Source: Guillardia theta CCMP2712 (lineage: Eukaryota > Protista > Cryptophyta). From it: a stretch of 64,000 nucleotides of DNA. The notes beneath the pieces are model-generated. The model was given only the letters and a program-made list of their open reading frames with translations. It made no database searches and was not told the origin of the DNA. The stretch is from contig NW_005434612.1 in NCBI RefSeq assembly GCF_000315625.1, positions 391,038-455,037 on the forward strand, in the 5' to 3' direction. Within the stretch, counting starts at the first letter, position 1; the number at the start of each line of letters is the position of its first letter. Positions 36,963 through 50,256 of the stretch are shown in pieces. A program made the translations under genes and the position numbers.

Positions 36963-37135
36963 CGTTGTGGTTGAAGTGGTGTACAAGGAAGGTGATCACA
37001 ACAGGGTTCAAAGATGGAGGGTAGAGGCGGGGAGTGAAAGACAGGTCTCCCAGTCTTTATTGGTCAGTGGGGTTGAGGAGGCGTGAGGAGAAGAAATGTT
37101 CTGTGACGCTCGTTGGAAGGAACTACTTCTCTTGA

Positions 37136-37711
37136 ATGACGAAGAAATCAAACAAGAGAGACAAGCCTGAGGTTCGTGGATGCTCGTGAGGAAAGAGACT
37201 TGATGCTGTTTGCGGGCTCAGGAAAACTCGAAGAAGTCGGAGGTAGCGAGCGATTCCGCGAAGAAGAGCAAGAAAGGAAGCAAGGGAGTGGAGGAAGATG
37301 AGCTCGATGATATCTTCGCTAGCAAACCATCACGCAGGTCCTCACCATGAGCAACTCCCTGGGTTCCTCTGACGGCAAAGCAGCAAGCAGAGCGAGAGCG
37401 ACAAGAAGGACACGACCAAGGGACCAGACTTGAAGGAGATCGCGCAGGAAGCAAACAAGTACAAGGGAGGAGGAAGCAGCGGTACTACATGCCTCTATTC
37501 TTGTCCTTGCCTCCTTGACTCTAGTCCTGTAGCCCGAAAGTCTTGCGACGGCTTGCTCGTCTACTCCGAACAAGAGCTGGCCAAGGAGCTGGGAGAAGAA
37601 GCTTGGGACGCTTTCATGGAGGCTTCAGGTGGGCTTGTGCTGGGCCCCCCTCAGCCTGACGCCTCGGCAGACCCGAACCTGTCGAGGGAAGCGGCCGGTT
37701 GCCACTGGTAG
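37136..37711 (+). CDS. Small Lys-rich protein, DUF1764-like
   Basis: MTKKSNKRDKPE|...EDELDDIFASK...RKSCDGLLVYSEQEL resembles the EIDDIF and DGLxIYSExEL motifs of DUF1764. Confidence 0.5.
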
Positions 37712-37759
37712 GCAAGGCAAGGAGAAGCGAGTAGGCCAGACCTGAAGAGGAGAGGACGT

Positions 37760-39165
37760 GAGGAGGAGGAGGGGAAGGGGGAGGAGGGGGAGCAGGAGGC
37801 AGTGGTGAAAGGTTGAGCACGCACTGGTCAAGTCTCTGCGGTGAATCTCGAGGACGGAGAGCTGGACGGGAGGAGAGAGGCTGATGGAAAAGCTGCAGCA
37901 AGTGAGCGGAGGAGGAGAAGAGGAGGAGAGGAGGAGACGCACCGCTGAGCGTGGTGAACTCCAAGCACAGTCTCCTTGAGCTGGGGCGCAGCAGCTCTCT
38001 TTCTTGGGATAAACTCGCACACAAACTCAAGCTCGTTCAAGTCGCCTGTTGGCTAGTCAGCATGTGAAGAACTTGCCCCAACTCCCTTCCTCCTCGACCT
38101 CCCCCTCCTGTCCCTCCTGTTCCTCCTGTCCCTGCTGTCCCTCCTGTTCCTCCTGTCCCTCCTGTCGCCTTTCCCCTCCTCTTTTCCCCTTGCTCTTGAT
38201 CCTCTTCCTCCCTCCTTACCCGAAGAGGAACTCCTGATCACAAGGGTGGCAAGGAGATGGGTTGCCGAGGCCTGCAGGCAAGTCGTCACCACCACCACCT
38301 CCTCCTCCTTCTCCTCCTCGCTCACATGCTTTCGTCTGTGAGCTACCTTCAGCTCTCCATCGCCCATGAAGAGGAGGTTTGAAAGAGCTTCTGCAGCAAC
38401 GCCATGCTCGTAGATCACTCTGTCACTTCCGTCATCGCCCTCAACCACTTTCCCTCCTCCTCCTCCTCCTCCTCCTCCTCCTCCTCCTCCTCCTCCTCCT
38501 CCTCCTCTCACCTTCCCAGTTCACTTGCGATGCCAATGATCCGCTGAGCCCATCATGTCAGTCACGGCAGAGCAGGAAGCAGTACCTTCCTCTTCCTCCT
38601 CCTCTCCGCATCTCATCAGCTTCCGCAGGACCAACTCGCGTCCCTCCAGCAGCATCCAAGCTCGACCCGTTCCATCGTCCACCAGACACTCCGCCTGAAG
38701 GCCAGCATCGTGAATCCCAATAACCTCCTCCTCGCCCTCGCCCTCGCCCTCCTCCTTTCGACCTTCACGCGCATCTCGACCGCACGTCCTCGTCTCTCAG
38801 TTTTTTCCTCGCAGCAGCTTCCCGTCTCTCCTCCTTTCCTCACGGTTCCACACCAGCGACATGCAGCCTCGATCGCAATCCTGCCAGCCGTCATCTCCTT
38901 GGCATCCTCCTCCTCCACCACCACCATCCCCATCCCTCAATCCCCTCCTCCCTCTCCTCTGTTGTCTCTTCTGACCTCTTCACTACTACGACTGTCCCCA
39001 GCACCCCCAGCACTCTTGGCGTCGTCCAATAAGTATCAACGAGAGCTGCGCGGAGTAAGAGGAGAGGAAAAGGAAGAGGACGGAGACCTAAAGGCGACAC
39101 GGACGACCCTGCTTCCTTGAGATACTCCCGTACACCTGTGGGTCGCTAATGCACAGCATCAGATC

Positions 39166-39206
<41 letters not shown>

Positions 39207-42200
39207 GTTGGATGGGGGGGGGGGGCAGGAAGTGGTGGAGGAGGAGAGTCACCCAGTCTTGTGTTGCGTTGCTGATGACGAGGACGAGAGAGTTCTCATT
39301 CACCGAGCAAGTGACCTGCACGAGTCAGCGCAGGGAGCGCGCGAGCAGCGGCAACCTGCCCTCCGCTCCTCCGCTCGATCGAGACGTGATGAAAGAGAAC
39401 CATCGCCCCGGGCAGGAGGCCAGGAGGAGCGAAGAACCTGCCACAAACCTCACCCTCCTCCCTCCTCTTGAGATCGCGGCAGCTCACTGAGAAGTATCCA
39501 GGTAGACATCCACGTGGCCGAGCAGCCCTCGGTGACCGCGGCCTCCCTCCTCCCTCCTTCCTCCTTCCTCCTCCGCCACCGGGGCCCCTGGATCGACAGC
39601 CCGGAGGAGGAGGACGGTAGCAGCGGAGGAGGTGTGCTTTAATCTCCAGCTCCTGTCAACCAGGAGAACCCGCAGAGAAGCGTAACGGACTGGAAGTTCC
39701 TGGGAGAAGAGTCAGGAGCCAGCTGGGTGAGAGGTAGGGAACCTCGCCGACAGCCACGAGGTCAGCAACGCTGCGGATGGGGTAGAGCTCCTGCCATCGG
39801 AGGCGGCAGAGGTCGAGGAAGGCGCGGCAGGGCGAGTCCTCCTCCTCCTCCTCCAGCTTGCAGGCCGAGAGCACAGAGCTGACGGCGATGGTGACCTGGA
39901 CCCAGTCAGAGCAAAGGGAGGAGCCCAGGAGGAGCCCACCTGCCACTTCTCCTCCGTCCTGCTGGAGTAGACGACCTTGAGCCTGTAGACGGACCCAGGA
40001 ATCTTTGACATGCGATCAGACGCGGAGTTGGCGAGGAGGAAGGGGGAAGGAGCAGGAGACGGAGCAGGAGATGGAGCAGGAGATGACAGAAGGGGGGGGG
40101 GGCGGGAGGTACCAAAGAGAAGAGGGTTGGAAGGCACACTATCGGAAATTTCAAGCAGAGGGAGAGGGAGGAGGAGCCTGAAGTTGAACGTCACTGCTGC
40201 CCCTGGGGGCAATAAAGGAGGAGGGGGGTCACCACAGTCGCTGACCATCCTCCAGCAGCTCAGCTTGAACGAAGTTTCCTTCCTTCTCACCCGCGTGACG
40301 AATATCGTCAGCTCCTCCTCACCCTCCACTGATTTCACAGTAGATCGTCGTAGCAGCACGATGGCCCTCTGCGACTTTTCCGTCGCCTCAATCCTCCTAT
40401 GCTCCCCATGCCACTGGTTGCTCCCCCTCACCTCCTCCTCCTCCTCCTCCTCCTCCTCCTCTGCTGTAAAACTCACGAACTCCAAATCGTAGCCTCTGTC
40501 CGCGCCGTCCCGACGGGTCCAAGTGCGAGGGCAACCACACAAGCTCAGCTGGAAGCAGCGAAGGGCCACAAGGTCACCGAGCTGGAAGCTGGGTAGCAGC
40601 GGGTAGGAGCTGGGAAGCGAGAGGTGAACGAGGTCGGTTTCATCCTGTAGAGCGACGTGACCTCGATGCTGCACCAGCCTCCCGATGAGAACAAAGCTGC
40701 CTCTTTCTCCTCCTCCTGCTCCTCCTCCTGCTCCTCCTCCTGCTCCTCCTCCATCTGTTCCTGTTCGCGCTGCTGCTGCTGCTGCTGCTCCACCATCACC
40801 ACCACCTCTTCCTTGCCCTTGCCTTTGCGCTCCTTCACACCAGCCCCGTCTCCTGGCCCCACAGAGAGACAGTAGCGGGTCCTGATCCTCCTCGCTTTTC
40901 ATTGTTCTTCCTACCGCCAACCTGGTCTCTCTTGCGGACAGCACAAGGTATTCTTCAGCTCCTCCTCCCCCTTCTCCTCGCCTGCTGCTCCTGCTGCTGT
41001 TCCAAGACTGCGCCGCTACCTTGAGCTGCTTGCAGGAGGGGTAGAGCTCAGTGGCTTCTTCCTCCCTCGCTTCCCTTCCCTCGCACTCCACTCGGCGGCT
41101 TCTGGCAAACGCCAGGTACTGACTCTGCCTCCCTCCCTGGGCCTTCACCTCTCGCTCCGCATCTCTGAGCTCCCCCATGAAGGCAGGCTGCCGTAACGCC
41201 CCGCACAGGAGGAGGAAGACCAAGTCCATCCTCCTCCCACCCACACTGCCTTGCGCCTCCTTCTCCTCTCGCCGCCTCCTCCTGCTCCGAAACTTGCGGA
41301 TAAGCTGCAGGAGACTTGGGAGGGTCCGACAGAAGCGGCATGGCGACAGACTGCGGTAAAGGGGGCTGAGCAGAGAGAGGGGGTTGAGCAGGGGAAGAGA
41401 AGGAGGGGGGGAAGAGGAGAGAGAGAAGGAGACGAGCTCTAAGGAGGAGAATGAGAAGCATGCGAGGGCGATTTTGCTGCCGTTAGTGATGACTGGGAGG
41501 ACGTGGACGACGCGGAGCCTCGCGCCGAGTCTGAGGAGAGCGAAAGAAGAGGGGGGGAGAGCGAGGGCGAAGACGAAGCAGCGAGAGTCTAGCACGAGGA
41601 TCCCTTCCTCTCTCACGCCTGTCAGGACCCCCTCATACTCCACCACCCCGCCCCTCCTCGAGGCTCCTTCCTCCTCCTCCTCCTCCTCCTCCTCCCCCAT
41701 ACTTTGCAGAGACTTGGGCTGAAACGAGTCAGACAGGAGAAGCAGGAGAAGCAGGAGGCAACCTGAGAGATGGTGGTGGCAGCGGCAAGGGGAGGGGAGG
41801 AGAGAACCTCCCACACACGTGTGCTCTCACTCTGACCACTCCTTGCTCCCTCCCTGCTTGGTTCCTCCTCCTGCATGGCGCGTAGCAACCGAAGCTCGGA
41901 CGGGGTTCCCTTCTCTAGGCGAGAGAGTCGGAGGTTGGAGATGATGTACCTCCTGCCTGTCTGTAGCAGAGGAAACCACCGGACATGCTTGCTGCCTTTG
42001 AAGATGATCAGCAGGCTTGAGCTGAACTTTCTGCTCCCCCCGGCTCCTCGACTTCCATCCCCACCTTCCGAACCTTGAAGATTCCTCCCCTTGCCGCCCC
42101 TTCGTTCGTCCTCCGCAAGCTCGACGAAGAAAAATGCGTCAGCCGCTGAGTCGCAAGCGAAGATGGGGCTCTTAGAGGCGACCACCCCCTGTACGTTCCC

Positions 42201-43183
42201 CTCCCTCCTCTGCCTCTGCTGAAATTCTCTGACAGAGTCTGCGGTTGCGTGAGAAGGAGAGAGTGCAGGAGGCCGCAGACCAGCAGGAGGAGCAAGAGAA
42301 ACATCTGCGTAGGTGGAGGAGACTGTCGATCTCCCGACCACTCGCGCATCTAACAGAGAGTCACCTGTGGCCTGAGAAGTAGAAAAAGCTGAAGGAGCGG
42401 AAGGAGGAGAGAGGCAGGTATGACAAAGGAGGTGGAGGAGAATACAAGATGAGAACAACAAAACAAAGAGAACCAACAGCATCAGAAGAAAGAGAACCTT
42501 TCAGTTCGATGAAGCATGACTGCTTCACAGAGTCTTCTGATCCTCCAAAAGTGTTGAAAGAAATGCCGAGAAGGAGTTTCCCGAGCATTGGAGTGATGAC
42601 AGTTGATTCCTGCGCTATTATATGAGGGAGAGCACGACACGAGCAGTATACCTCGAAGAGGACATTGAAACAACCCGAGCGATCCCGAAGCAGCAGCGAG
42701 CAAGTCTCGTTGCTGCAGGAGGAGCAGTCGATTTCTGCGATGAAGAGGAACTTTATCTTGCGCGATGAGGAGCTTGTGGGGCTCGAACATTCAACCTGCA
42801 GAGCAAGTCTGCGTCTCGCTCTTCTCAGCTTCTCCTTACCTTGTTCTGTCTCAGTTGGCTGAGCCCTAGCAACTGGAAGGAGAACAACTCCTGCGCGCTC
42901 CTCTCCTCATCGTCTCCTCCCTCTCCCCCCACCTCCTTCCCCTTGAGCTCCCTGGGCCCACAGAGCAAGAGAATCTCGATAATGCTCCGCGTCACTTGGC
43001 GGGCCTGGCACAGTAGTCAGGAGCCCACGGGGACGAGGAGGCAGAACCTCCGGCAACGAGAGGAACGTCCATGTGAGTACTGCCTCGAGGATAGCCTGCG
43101 TCATCCTCCTCATCCTCGTCCTCCTCCTCCTCCTCCCCTACCTTGACCCACACCTTCCGCTCGTCATCGCGACCCACCTTCAT
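37760..43183 (-). CDS. CTC1: CST complex subunit CTC1-like multi-OB-fold protein (ends approximate)
   Basis: SLLIIFKGSKHVRWFPLLQTGRRYIISNLRLSRL (cf. VSIIVQ...[23 protein letters not shown]); EYEGVLTGV...LVLDSR...LLRLGARLRVVHV...LELVSFS (cf. SYSGAVTGV...YELDGQ...MRPGVCLQLQDVH...LLQSFS); LIGRLVQHRGHVALQDET; C-terminal CxxC zinc-ribbon-like segment. Confidence 0.65.
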
Positions 43184-43230
43184 CAGCCTGCTCTGTGGTG
43201 TAAGTGACCTGCTAGAATCCTCGCACGCTC

Positions 43231-43701
43231 TTACCCGAAGAGTTCATCCTCATCTTCCATCATGTCTGCACTGCTACGTTGTATCGCTACCTGCTCACCC
43301 ACAGCAACTGATGGGTCTTGTTCTCCTGCCAGCCCTCGGCCTGATGTCCCTGATGCTTCTATGATGTTCCCATTCCTTCCTGCAGCTCCTGCCTCGCGAG
43401 GGGAGAAGCTCTTGATTTCAGACGCATCAGACACACGTTGTGCCCTCGCAGTCCCTCCCACTTCCTTCTTGTTCTGCTCGCTCTCTTCCCTCTGTGTCTT
43501 TGACGTTCGACAACCCGCCAGCCCATCGCTGATACTTTTCTCTGAATCCTCCACTTCCATCTCATCCACCGCAGGCTTCGCACCTTGCTCTTCCGTCCCT
43601 CCTTCACTCGCCTTGGCATGGTACACGTGGCGGTATGTGCATTTCTCTTTGAAGCTGCAGATCCCGTTCCGCCAGTACTGGAAGCACATCCCTCGCTGCA
43701 T
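43231..43701 (-). CDS. CCCH zinc-finger exon (stand-alone gene or N-terminus of CTC1)
   Basis: CFQYWRNGICSFKEKCTYRH = C-x8-C-x5-C-x3-H, followed by an acidic disordered region; the apparent stop overlaps a GTAAG donor. Confidence 0.7.
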   Translation of the reverse strand: MQRGMCFQYWRNGICSFKEKCTYRHVYHAKASEGGTEEQGAKPAVDEMEVEDSEKSISDGLAGCRTSKTQREESEQNKKEVGGTARAQRVSDASEIKSFSPREAGAAGRNGNIIEASGTSGRGLAGEQDPSVAVGEQVAIQRSSADMMEDEDELFG

Positions 43702-44059
43702 CGAGACCTGCTCGATCCCTCCGTCAGTCTAGAGGACTGTGGTGTGTTTGAATAACATGATGTCAACAAAGATCCCATGATGTCAACAAACATCGGACAC
43801 TGCCTAATCACAATCTTCTCTAGTCAGTCATCTCTCTTCAACATTTTACAGACTTTCTCTGAAGGCTTGTCCTCTGACGTACCTCTCGCCCCTCTATCTC
43901 AATGTCTAACAGCCTTTCGCTCCATCTGCCTACTACTTCCTACTTCTTTTTAGGCAACCTCCCTTCGATCACTCCCCGTCCTCCCCCTCCCCTCCCTCCC
44001 CTTCCCCTCAGTTTCAATTTTCTGATCTCCTTTCCCGCGAACTTTGAAACCCATCATGT

Positions 44060-45240
44060 GACATCCGGCCGGGTTCTTTCACTGCTCGGAGTAGTCATTG
44101 CCGCCCGACTCGCGCCGGGCCCGGTCAGTGACGGTCGGGTCCCTCCCCGGCCGGGCCCGGACGCCCGGCCAGGCCAGCAGGGCCTGCCAGCCTGAGTGAA
44201 AGAAAGGCTCGGGCCCCCAGGGCCGGGGCAAGCCTGAAATCCGACGCCGCCGAAGTTCATCAGTGCCGCGTGAGGCTGACGGCAGTGTCCACGGTGGCAC
44301 GGCGCCGCCGGGCGTACGGTGGTCGCCGCGGCGTCTCATAAGTGATCCGGGGGGCCAGCCCGGCCGCCGGGCTGTCAGAGGCCCGATTCAAGTCAAGTTC
44401 CGAAGTTCTCGGAGCCGCGCCCGGGCCGGACACTGCGGCGGGGCGTGTCACGGAGGCTGTCCGAACCACGGCACGGTCACCGCGGGGCCGCCGCGCCGCG
44501 ACTGGCGGCGTTTAACGGTTCCGAAGTTCGGGAGCCCGGCGCGGCTTGAAGTTGCCGCAGTGGCCACCGAAGCCTATGCCGGGACTCCCGGCGCTGACCC
44601 GGTACCGTGTTGGCCTCCGAGACCGTCGGACCGTCGCCCGGTACCCGTACGGCGCCCCGGCCGGGTACAGGCCGCCCTCCGAGCGTGGCAGGCTGAGTCG
44701 CGGCCGCTGGCCCCTCAGTCGCCGGGATGCCGCAGTGCGGCTGCAACAAGAGGTGGAACTTGAAACGCAGACCCCCCACTTCTCTAGTCCGTAACATGGA
44801 CTCTAGGGGGTAGGGGTAGGTATCAAAACCAGTGGATAAGGGGGTACAACATGAGCAGCCCTGCAACTAGGAGGCATAAAGCAATTATGAATTTATGATA
44901 ATATGTTTATGTTATGTATTTTTATGATACATAACAAGTATAATTATCGTGTAATTTTCTATAATTTCCCATTTCCATAATGCATTATAAGATGATTCTT
45001 ATAACACATCACGGACCACATCCCCATACATAAGGCGCCGCGACTCATCCTGAGATACCCCCTGGGGAGAACCCCTACCCCTATGATGATCACCCCACCA
45101 ATATAGATATTGAATTCATCCTTGGGTATCCCATCAGCTGCCTGGTGAAATGACCCGTACTTGGTGGTACCTACCCGTGAAATTTGGGATCAATGTCACC
45201 CCCACCCCCTCCCCAGTAGTTCCCCAAGATCCAGTTTTCG
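44060..45240. promoter_or_regulatory. Divergent promoter region: long GC-rich CCGG/GAAGTT block (44060-44760), GGGGTA, AT-rich tract (44880-45010), TACCCC cluster
   Basis: Sharp compositional zones between the CCCH/CTC1 (-) and Deg protease (+) starts. Confidence 0.5.
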
Positions 45241-45349
45241 TAGAAGCTCCGACTTGGACCGGCTCTCCTTCCTCCCTTGTTCAGGACCCTTGTCTTGCTA
45301 CCTCTCTTCTCCTTCTGTGCTCCTCCAACTCAGCTTCCATTCATCTGCC

Positions 45350-46856
45350 ATGCTTCGTAGATGCCTCGCCCTCGCGTTCGTCGCATCGTGCACCTGTTTC
45401 GCACCGCCCATGTTCACGAGAGAGTTTGCTCCTCGATCGAGAGCTGCGGGCCGTGGGATGCCTCTGAGACTGTTTGCTCGGCACGACGATCCCGCTTCGA
45501 AAGCTGGAAGGAGGGATGTTCTTGGTTGGATGACTGTTGGTGTCGCATCAGCGTTACTACAGGGTTACCAGCCCCCACCTGCAGAAGCTGTGATCAGCGA
45601 TTTTGCAAAATTGCGGGAGCTTGAGGAACTGCAGGTAGTTATGATAAGGAACATTCCATCACAATCTGACCATGCGCTTTCTCTGTTTCTCTCCAGGCGG
45701 AAATCTTCGAGCAGTCGGTTCCATCTGTTTGCTTCATCAGTACGGAATACACGTCCATGGCGCAGCAGCTCAATCTGGACAGCAACTCGCTCCCCAAGGG
45801 GGTTGGCTCTGGTTTCGTTTGGGACGATAAAGGTCACATCGTCACCAACTTCCACGTGATCAACAAGGTGAGCGTCTCCTGCGACATGGCCCGTTCCCTC
45901 ACTCTCATCAGGTCGATAGCGCGATGGTCGTCCTGACAAAAACCGACGGCACGACGGAGAAGTACAAGGCCAAGCTCACTGGGGTGGACCCAGACAAAGA
46001 CATCGCTGTCTTGAAGATCGACGCACCGGCTTCCTTGTTGAAGAAGCTGCCTGTGGGCGACAGCTCCAAGATCAGAGTTGGGCAGTTTTCCTTCGCCATC
46101 GGAAATCCGTTCGGACAAGACCACACGCTCACGTCAGGCATCATCTCAGGGAAGAATAGGGAGATCACTGCGCCTACAGGACGAAAGATCAAGGGTGTGA
46201 TCCAGACAGACGCTGCCATCAACCCTGGAAACTCTGGAGGCCCTCTCCTCAACAGCCAGGGTCAGCTCATCGGCATCAACACGGCGAGTCTTGGAGCTGG
46301 GGTCTCAGCTGGGGTCGGGTTCGCAGTTCCCATCGACTTGGCCGTTCCCACGATTGAGCAGCTCATCGAGTTTGGACAAGTGCAACGTGCAATCCTCGGC
46401 ATCTCCTACCTCGAGCGCGTACCAACGGCATCAGAGTCAGAGCGGAGCGGCATCCCTCGCATTGAGAAAGGAATCGTTGTGCTGGAGGTCCCTCCCAACT
46501 CTCCAGCAGCCGCTGCTGGCATGATTGCAGTCAAGCGATCGAAAGACCCCAAGAGCAAGCCCGAGCTCGGCGACGTGATTGTCGGAATCGACAAGTACGA
46601 GATCAAAGATCCTTTGGATCTCAGCGCTGTCCTGGCCAAGTACAAGCCAGGAAACAAGGTTTCTGTGAAGGTGCTGCGAGGCCCTGAGCAGACACCGCAG
46701 ACTCTTGCTTTGACACTTGGAGCCTTCCAAGGAAGTGCGTTCACGAAGCTGGAGAACGAGCGAGGTGCAGACTTTGCAGCGAAAGGAACGCCTTTGAACG
46801 TTCCTCTCTCGGAAATTGCTCCTGCAATCACTCCTCGCATGCCTTCTGCCAATTAA
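45350..46856 (+). CDS. Deg/HtrA serine protease, Deg1/Deg8-like, thylakoid-lumen targeted; two introns
   Basis: Signal peptide + F, transit peptide, Tat signal RRDVL...AEA; GSGFVWDDKGHIVTNFHVI, DIAVLKI, IQTDAAINPGNSGGPL (His-Asp-Ser triad); C-terminal PDZ. Confidence 0.95.
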
Positions 46857-46889
46857 TAAACAAGCACTTTGACAGAACAGACAGCACTG

Positions 46890-47760
46890 TCGCTCGATGA
46901 CTCCGATTGCCTCCTGAGCCGCTCCGGGGAGTCCCGGCACTAGAAAGCCGCCGAGTCGGAAGACTCCGGTGACGTGCCACCGTAACGATGATCCTGCTCG
47001 TCCCGGGCCCTGGTCCGGCGGCCGCGCGAAGTTCGTCAGTCTCAGAAACGCGAGCCTCGGAGTCAGACGCGGCCGCGCACAGTTCAGTCCGACCGTACAC
47101 ACGGTGTCAGGTCAGGGGTGACCGTCAGTCAGGCCGGCCCCCCACGATGCCACGGTGCGCCGCGGCCGGGCCGCACCGGCCGGGCCCTCAGCGGCTCAGA
47201 CTACCTAACTTCGCCTTGAAGTGAGTCACGTTGAGTCTCACCGGACAGGCTGCGTCTGTGGTGGTCGGTTATGAGCCTCTGAGAGACGAAGGTTGCGGCA
47301 CTTCTGATAGGAGGGTAGGGGTACATGCTGAGGGGGTTAGGGGTAGTTGAGATGGGTGGGTCAATCTGTGGGGGTGGTACCAGTGTTGGGGGTAGCGAGT
47401 GCAAAGCCATTTTAAGGTGGGGTACTTGAAGAATTTTCCAGTAGGGGTGGTGCCATTTCTTTAAAAAACAGCCCAACGGGTACTCTTATCACCCTACCCC
47501 TCCGTCTCCATTTGAAATTAGCACTGTCCATGGGAGCTCTACGGTAGATAGGGGTACAAAAATCTTATCTGAGGGGTAGTCTGGTTAGGGTAGAGGGAAA
47601 CGTAGGGTGGGGTGGTGGTCATCTCTCTATTATCAAGTTTTAAACGTCCTCGTGATGCGAATTATGCCTACCCCCTCCAAAATTGACCCCTACCACCTAT
47701 GTCCAGATGTTTGTCTGTATAAAAAGGGGGGTTAATTTCATGACCCCACCCCCAGATTTG
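46890..47760. promoter_or_regulatory. GC-rich CCGG/GAGTCA block (46890-47270) then GGGGTA/TACCCC block upstream of the ABCG gene
   Basis: Same two-block layout as other intergenic regions in the window. Confidence 0.5.
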
Positions 47761-47991
47761 AAGCTGTGTACTCTTAAGCATCTCTTCGGGGACTTTGTCT
47801 CGCCGCTCGCTTGCTCCTGCTTCCCCGCGCTCTCGCGTTTCTCGCGTCCCTGCTGCGGTTGCCTCCTCGTCCTCCTCCTCCTCCTCCTCCTCCTCCTCCT
47901 CCTCCTCCTCTCCCGTCTCCTCTCATCCCGACGACCTGGAAGCTCAGGGAACTTCAACCCCTCCAAGCAACAAGGAAATCTGGTTTGAGAT

Positions 47992-49977
47992 ATGGCAACG
48001 CAAACCGGGGAACTGGTTTACCCCTCGCACGAGCAGTTTGCTCTGTCCGACCATGCGCACCTGAATGATGCGCATGCAGTGAAGAGCATGAATGCAGGCA
48101 GCAACGTGTCCTCGCTCTTGATGGGGGGACAGTCCAACGTGAGTCAGAGCAGGTCGCTGAAAGGAAGCTCCCTGCGCGTAGGACACCCTGCGCACTTTGC
48201 CTGGTCGGACGTTGGCTTCACTCTCTCCCCGAAAGTGATCAGAGGGAATAAAGACCCGCAGGTCCTTAAGTCCTTGAAGGGATACGCCAAGCCCGGTGAG
48301 ATCGTCGCCATCATGGGAGCGAGTGGGAGTGGCAAGACGTCGCTGCTGAATGTGCTCAGCGGACGGGTAGTGTCGATGAACGGGCATGTGGTGACCTCCA
48401 AGTTCACAGTCAACGGTCACCCCACTAGTGGTGAGGAGCTCGGACCACAGATTGCGTACGTCATGCAGGAAGACACCTTGTGCCCAACATCAACACCGCG
48501 CGAGGCCCTGGAGTTCAGCGCGAAGTTGAGGCTTCCCCCTTCCGTGACCGATGCAGAGAGGACGAGGATGGTCAACGACGTGATCACGATCCTCCACCTT
48601 GACAGATGTGCGGACACCCTCATCGGTGACGAGATGATCAAGGGCATCTCAGGTGGAGAGAAGAGGTGAATGAATCTGTCTGCTGCCTGGAAGGAATACC
48701 TGACTGAATGTCGCAGGCGAACAAGCATCGGTGTGGAACTAATCACCTCGCCTTCAATTCTCTTTCTTGATGAACCAACGTCAGGACTTGACTCTTTCGC
48801 GGCATACAACGTCATCCAGGCTCTGAAGGATCTGGCTGGCCTTGGGTGTACTGTGCTGTGCACTATCCATCAGCCCTCATCTGAAGTCTTTCACCTCTTC
48901 GATCGGACGATCCTGCTGGCAGAAGGAAGGACCCTCTACGATGGGAGAGTTGATCAGCTCTGTGATCACTTCATGAGGATCGGGTATCCTGTACCGGAGG
49001 AGACGAACCCTGCCGATCACGTCATGTTCCTGATGCAGACCCTGGACAAGTCGCTGCTCAAGGACCTCTGCATGGCCTACGCAGCGGCCAACGACAAGTT
49101 CGACCCTCACACTGCGTGTGCGTTGGATGGAGGAGACATTCCTCGCAAGCTCAAGCGAGTACAGGCTGGCTGGTTCACTCAGTTCATGGTGCTTGGAATG
49201 CGGGAGGTACAGACGGTTACCAGGAACAAGGGAGCGCTGATCGCGAGGTTCGGATCGGCGATTGGGCTCAACCTCATCTTCGCTCTCATCTTTTACAAGG
49301 TTGGCAATGGTGGTGATATCCAGTCTCACTTCGGTGCCTTGGTGTTCCTCGCCATCAGCGCCATGTTCGGAGCAGCTCAGCCCGTCATCCTGACCTTCCC
49401 TGCTGAGCGCCCTCGGTTTGTCCGTGAGTACGCGACAGGCACTTACGGGGCAGTGCCTTACTTCTGGTCGAAGCTCTTTACGGAGCTGCCGCTCACCTTC
49501 TTAGTGGCTCTGGTGGTCTTCCTTGTCACCTACTGGACTGAAGCTCTCAAGGGAAATTTCATCTTGCACGTGCTCATTGTCTGGCTCGTCAGCATCGCAG
49601 CCTCATCGACAGCTCTCTTTGCCGGCAGCATCGCATCCAACGTCAAGGTCGCCACGGAAGCGCTTCCAGCTATTTTCGTACCACAGATCTTGTTTGCGGG
49701 CTTCTTCATCAAGATCGAACTCATCCCTGTGTGGATCCGCTGGGCTCAGTACCTCTGCTCGCTCAAGTTCGGCGTCAACCTCATCATCCTCAACGAGTTT
49801 CATCGCTCGTGCCCTCCTGATCAGACGGTTGCCTGCGACTTCCTCATTTCTACGAGCGCTGCCGATCCCAAGATCTGGTACGTGTACGTCATTATCCTCC
49901 TTGCCATCTTCCTTGGGTTTCGTCTTCTTGCGCTGTTCGCGCTTACTCGCCGAGCTCGTGGCTTTGCACTCGCATAA
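47992..49977 (+). CDS. ABCG (White-type) half-size ABC transporter; intron 48666-48717
   Basis: Walker A GASGSGKTS, Q-loop YVMQED, signature ISGGEKR|RTSIG, Walker B LFLDEPTSGLD, TIHQP; C-terminal ABC2 membrane domain. Confidence 0.97.
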
Positions 49978-50256
49978 GCAGCAGCGGACGGACTGTCAAG
50001 TCTGCTTGTTAAACCTAGTGAAACAAATAGAAACTTGTGTGACCATGCGCAGGGTGTTGGTGTACCCTACCCCACCTCAACCTCTCTTTGACAGTAGATC
50101 GCAGGGGTGAATGACCGGTAGGGATGGTGAAGTTCATACTGGGTGGGTATTCTACTCAAGTATAGGGGGTAGGGGTGATGAAACAGACAGGGGTGTTGAT
50201 ACCAGTGTTAATGGGATGTTTGACGGGGTGGGGGTGGTTTGGGGCGGAGGCCGAGG

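Noticed and set aside
43756-43790. CATGATGTCAACAAA direct repeat (20-bp period)
   Set aside because: A simple two-copy local duplication with nothing to suggest function.
44060-44866. ORFs or a transposon in the GC-rich block
   Set aside because: The ORFs are Pro/Arg/Gly-rich by-products of GC content; no transposase, terminal inverted repeats or alignable second copy were seen.
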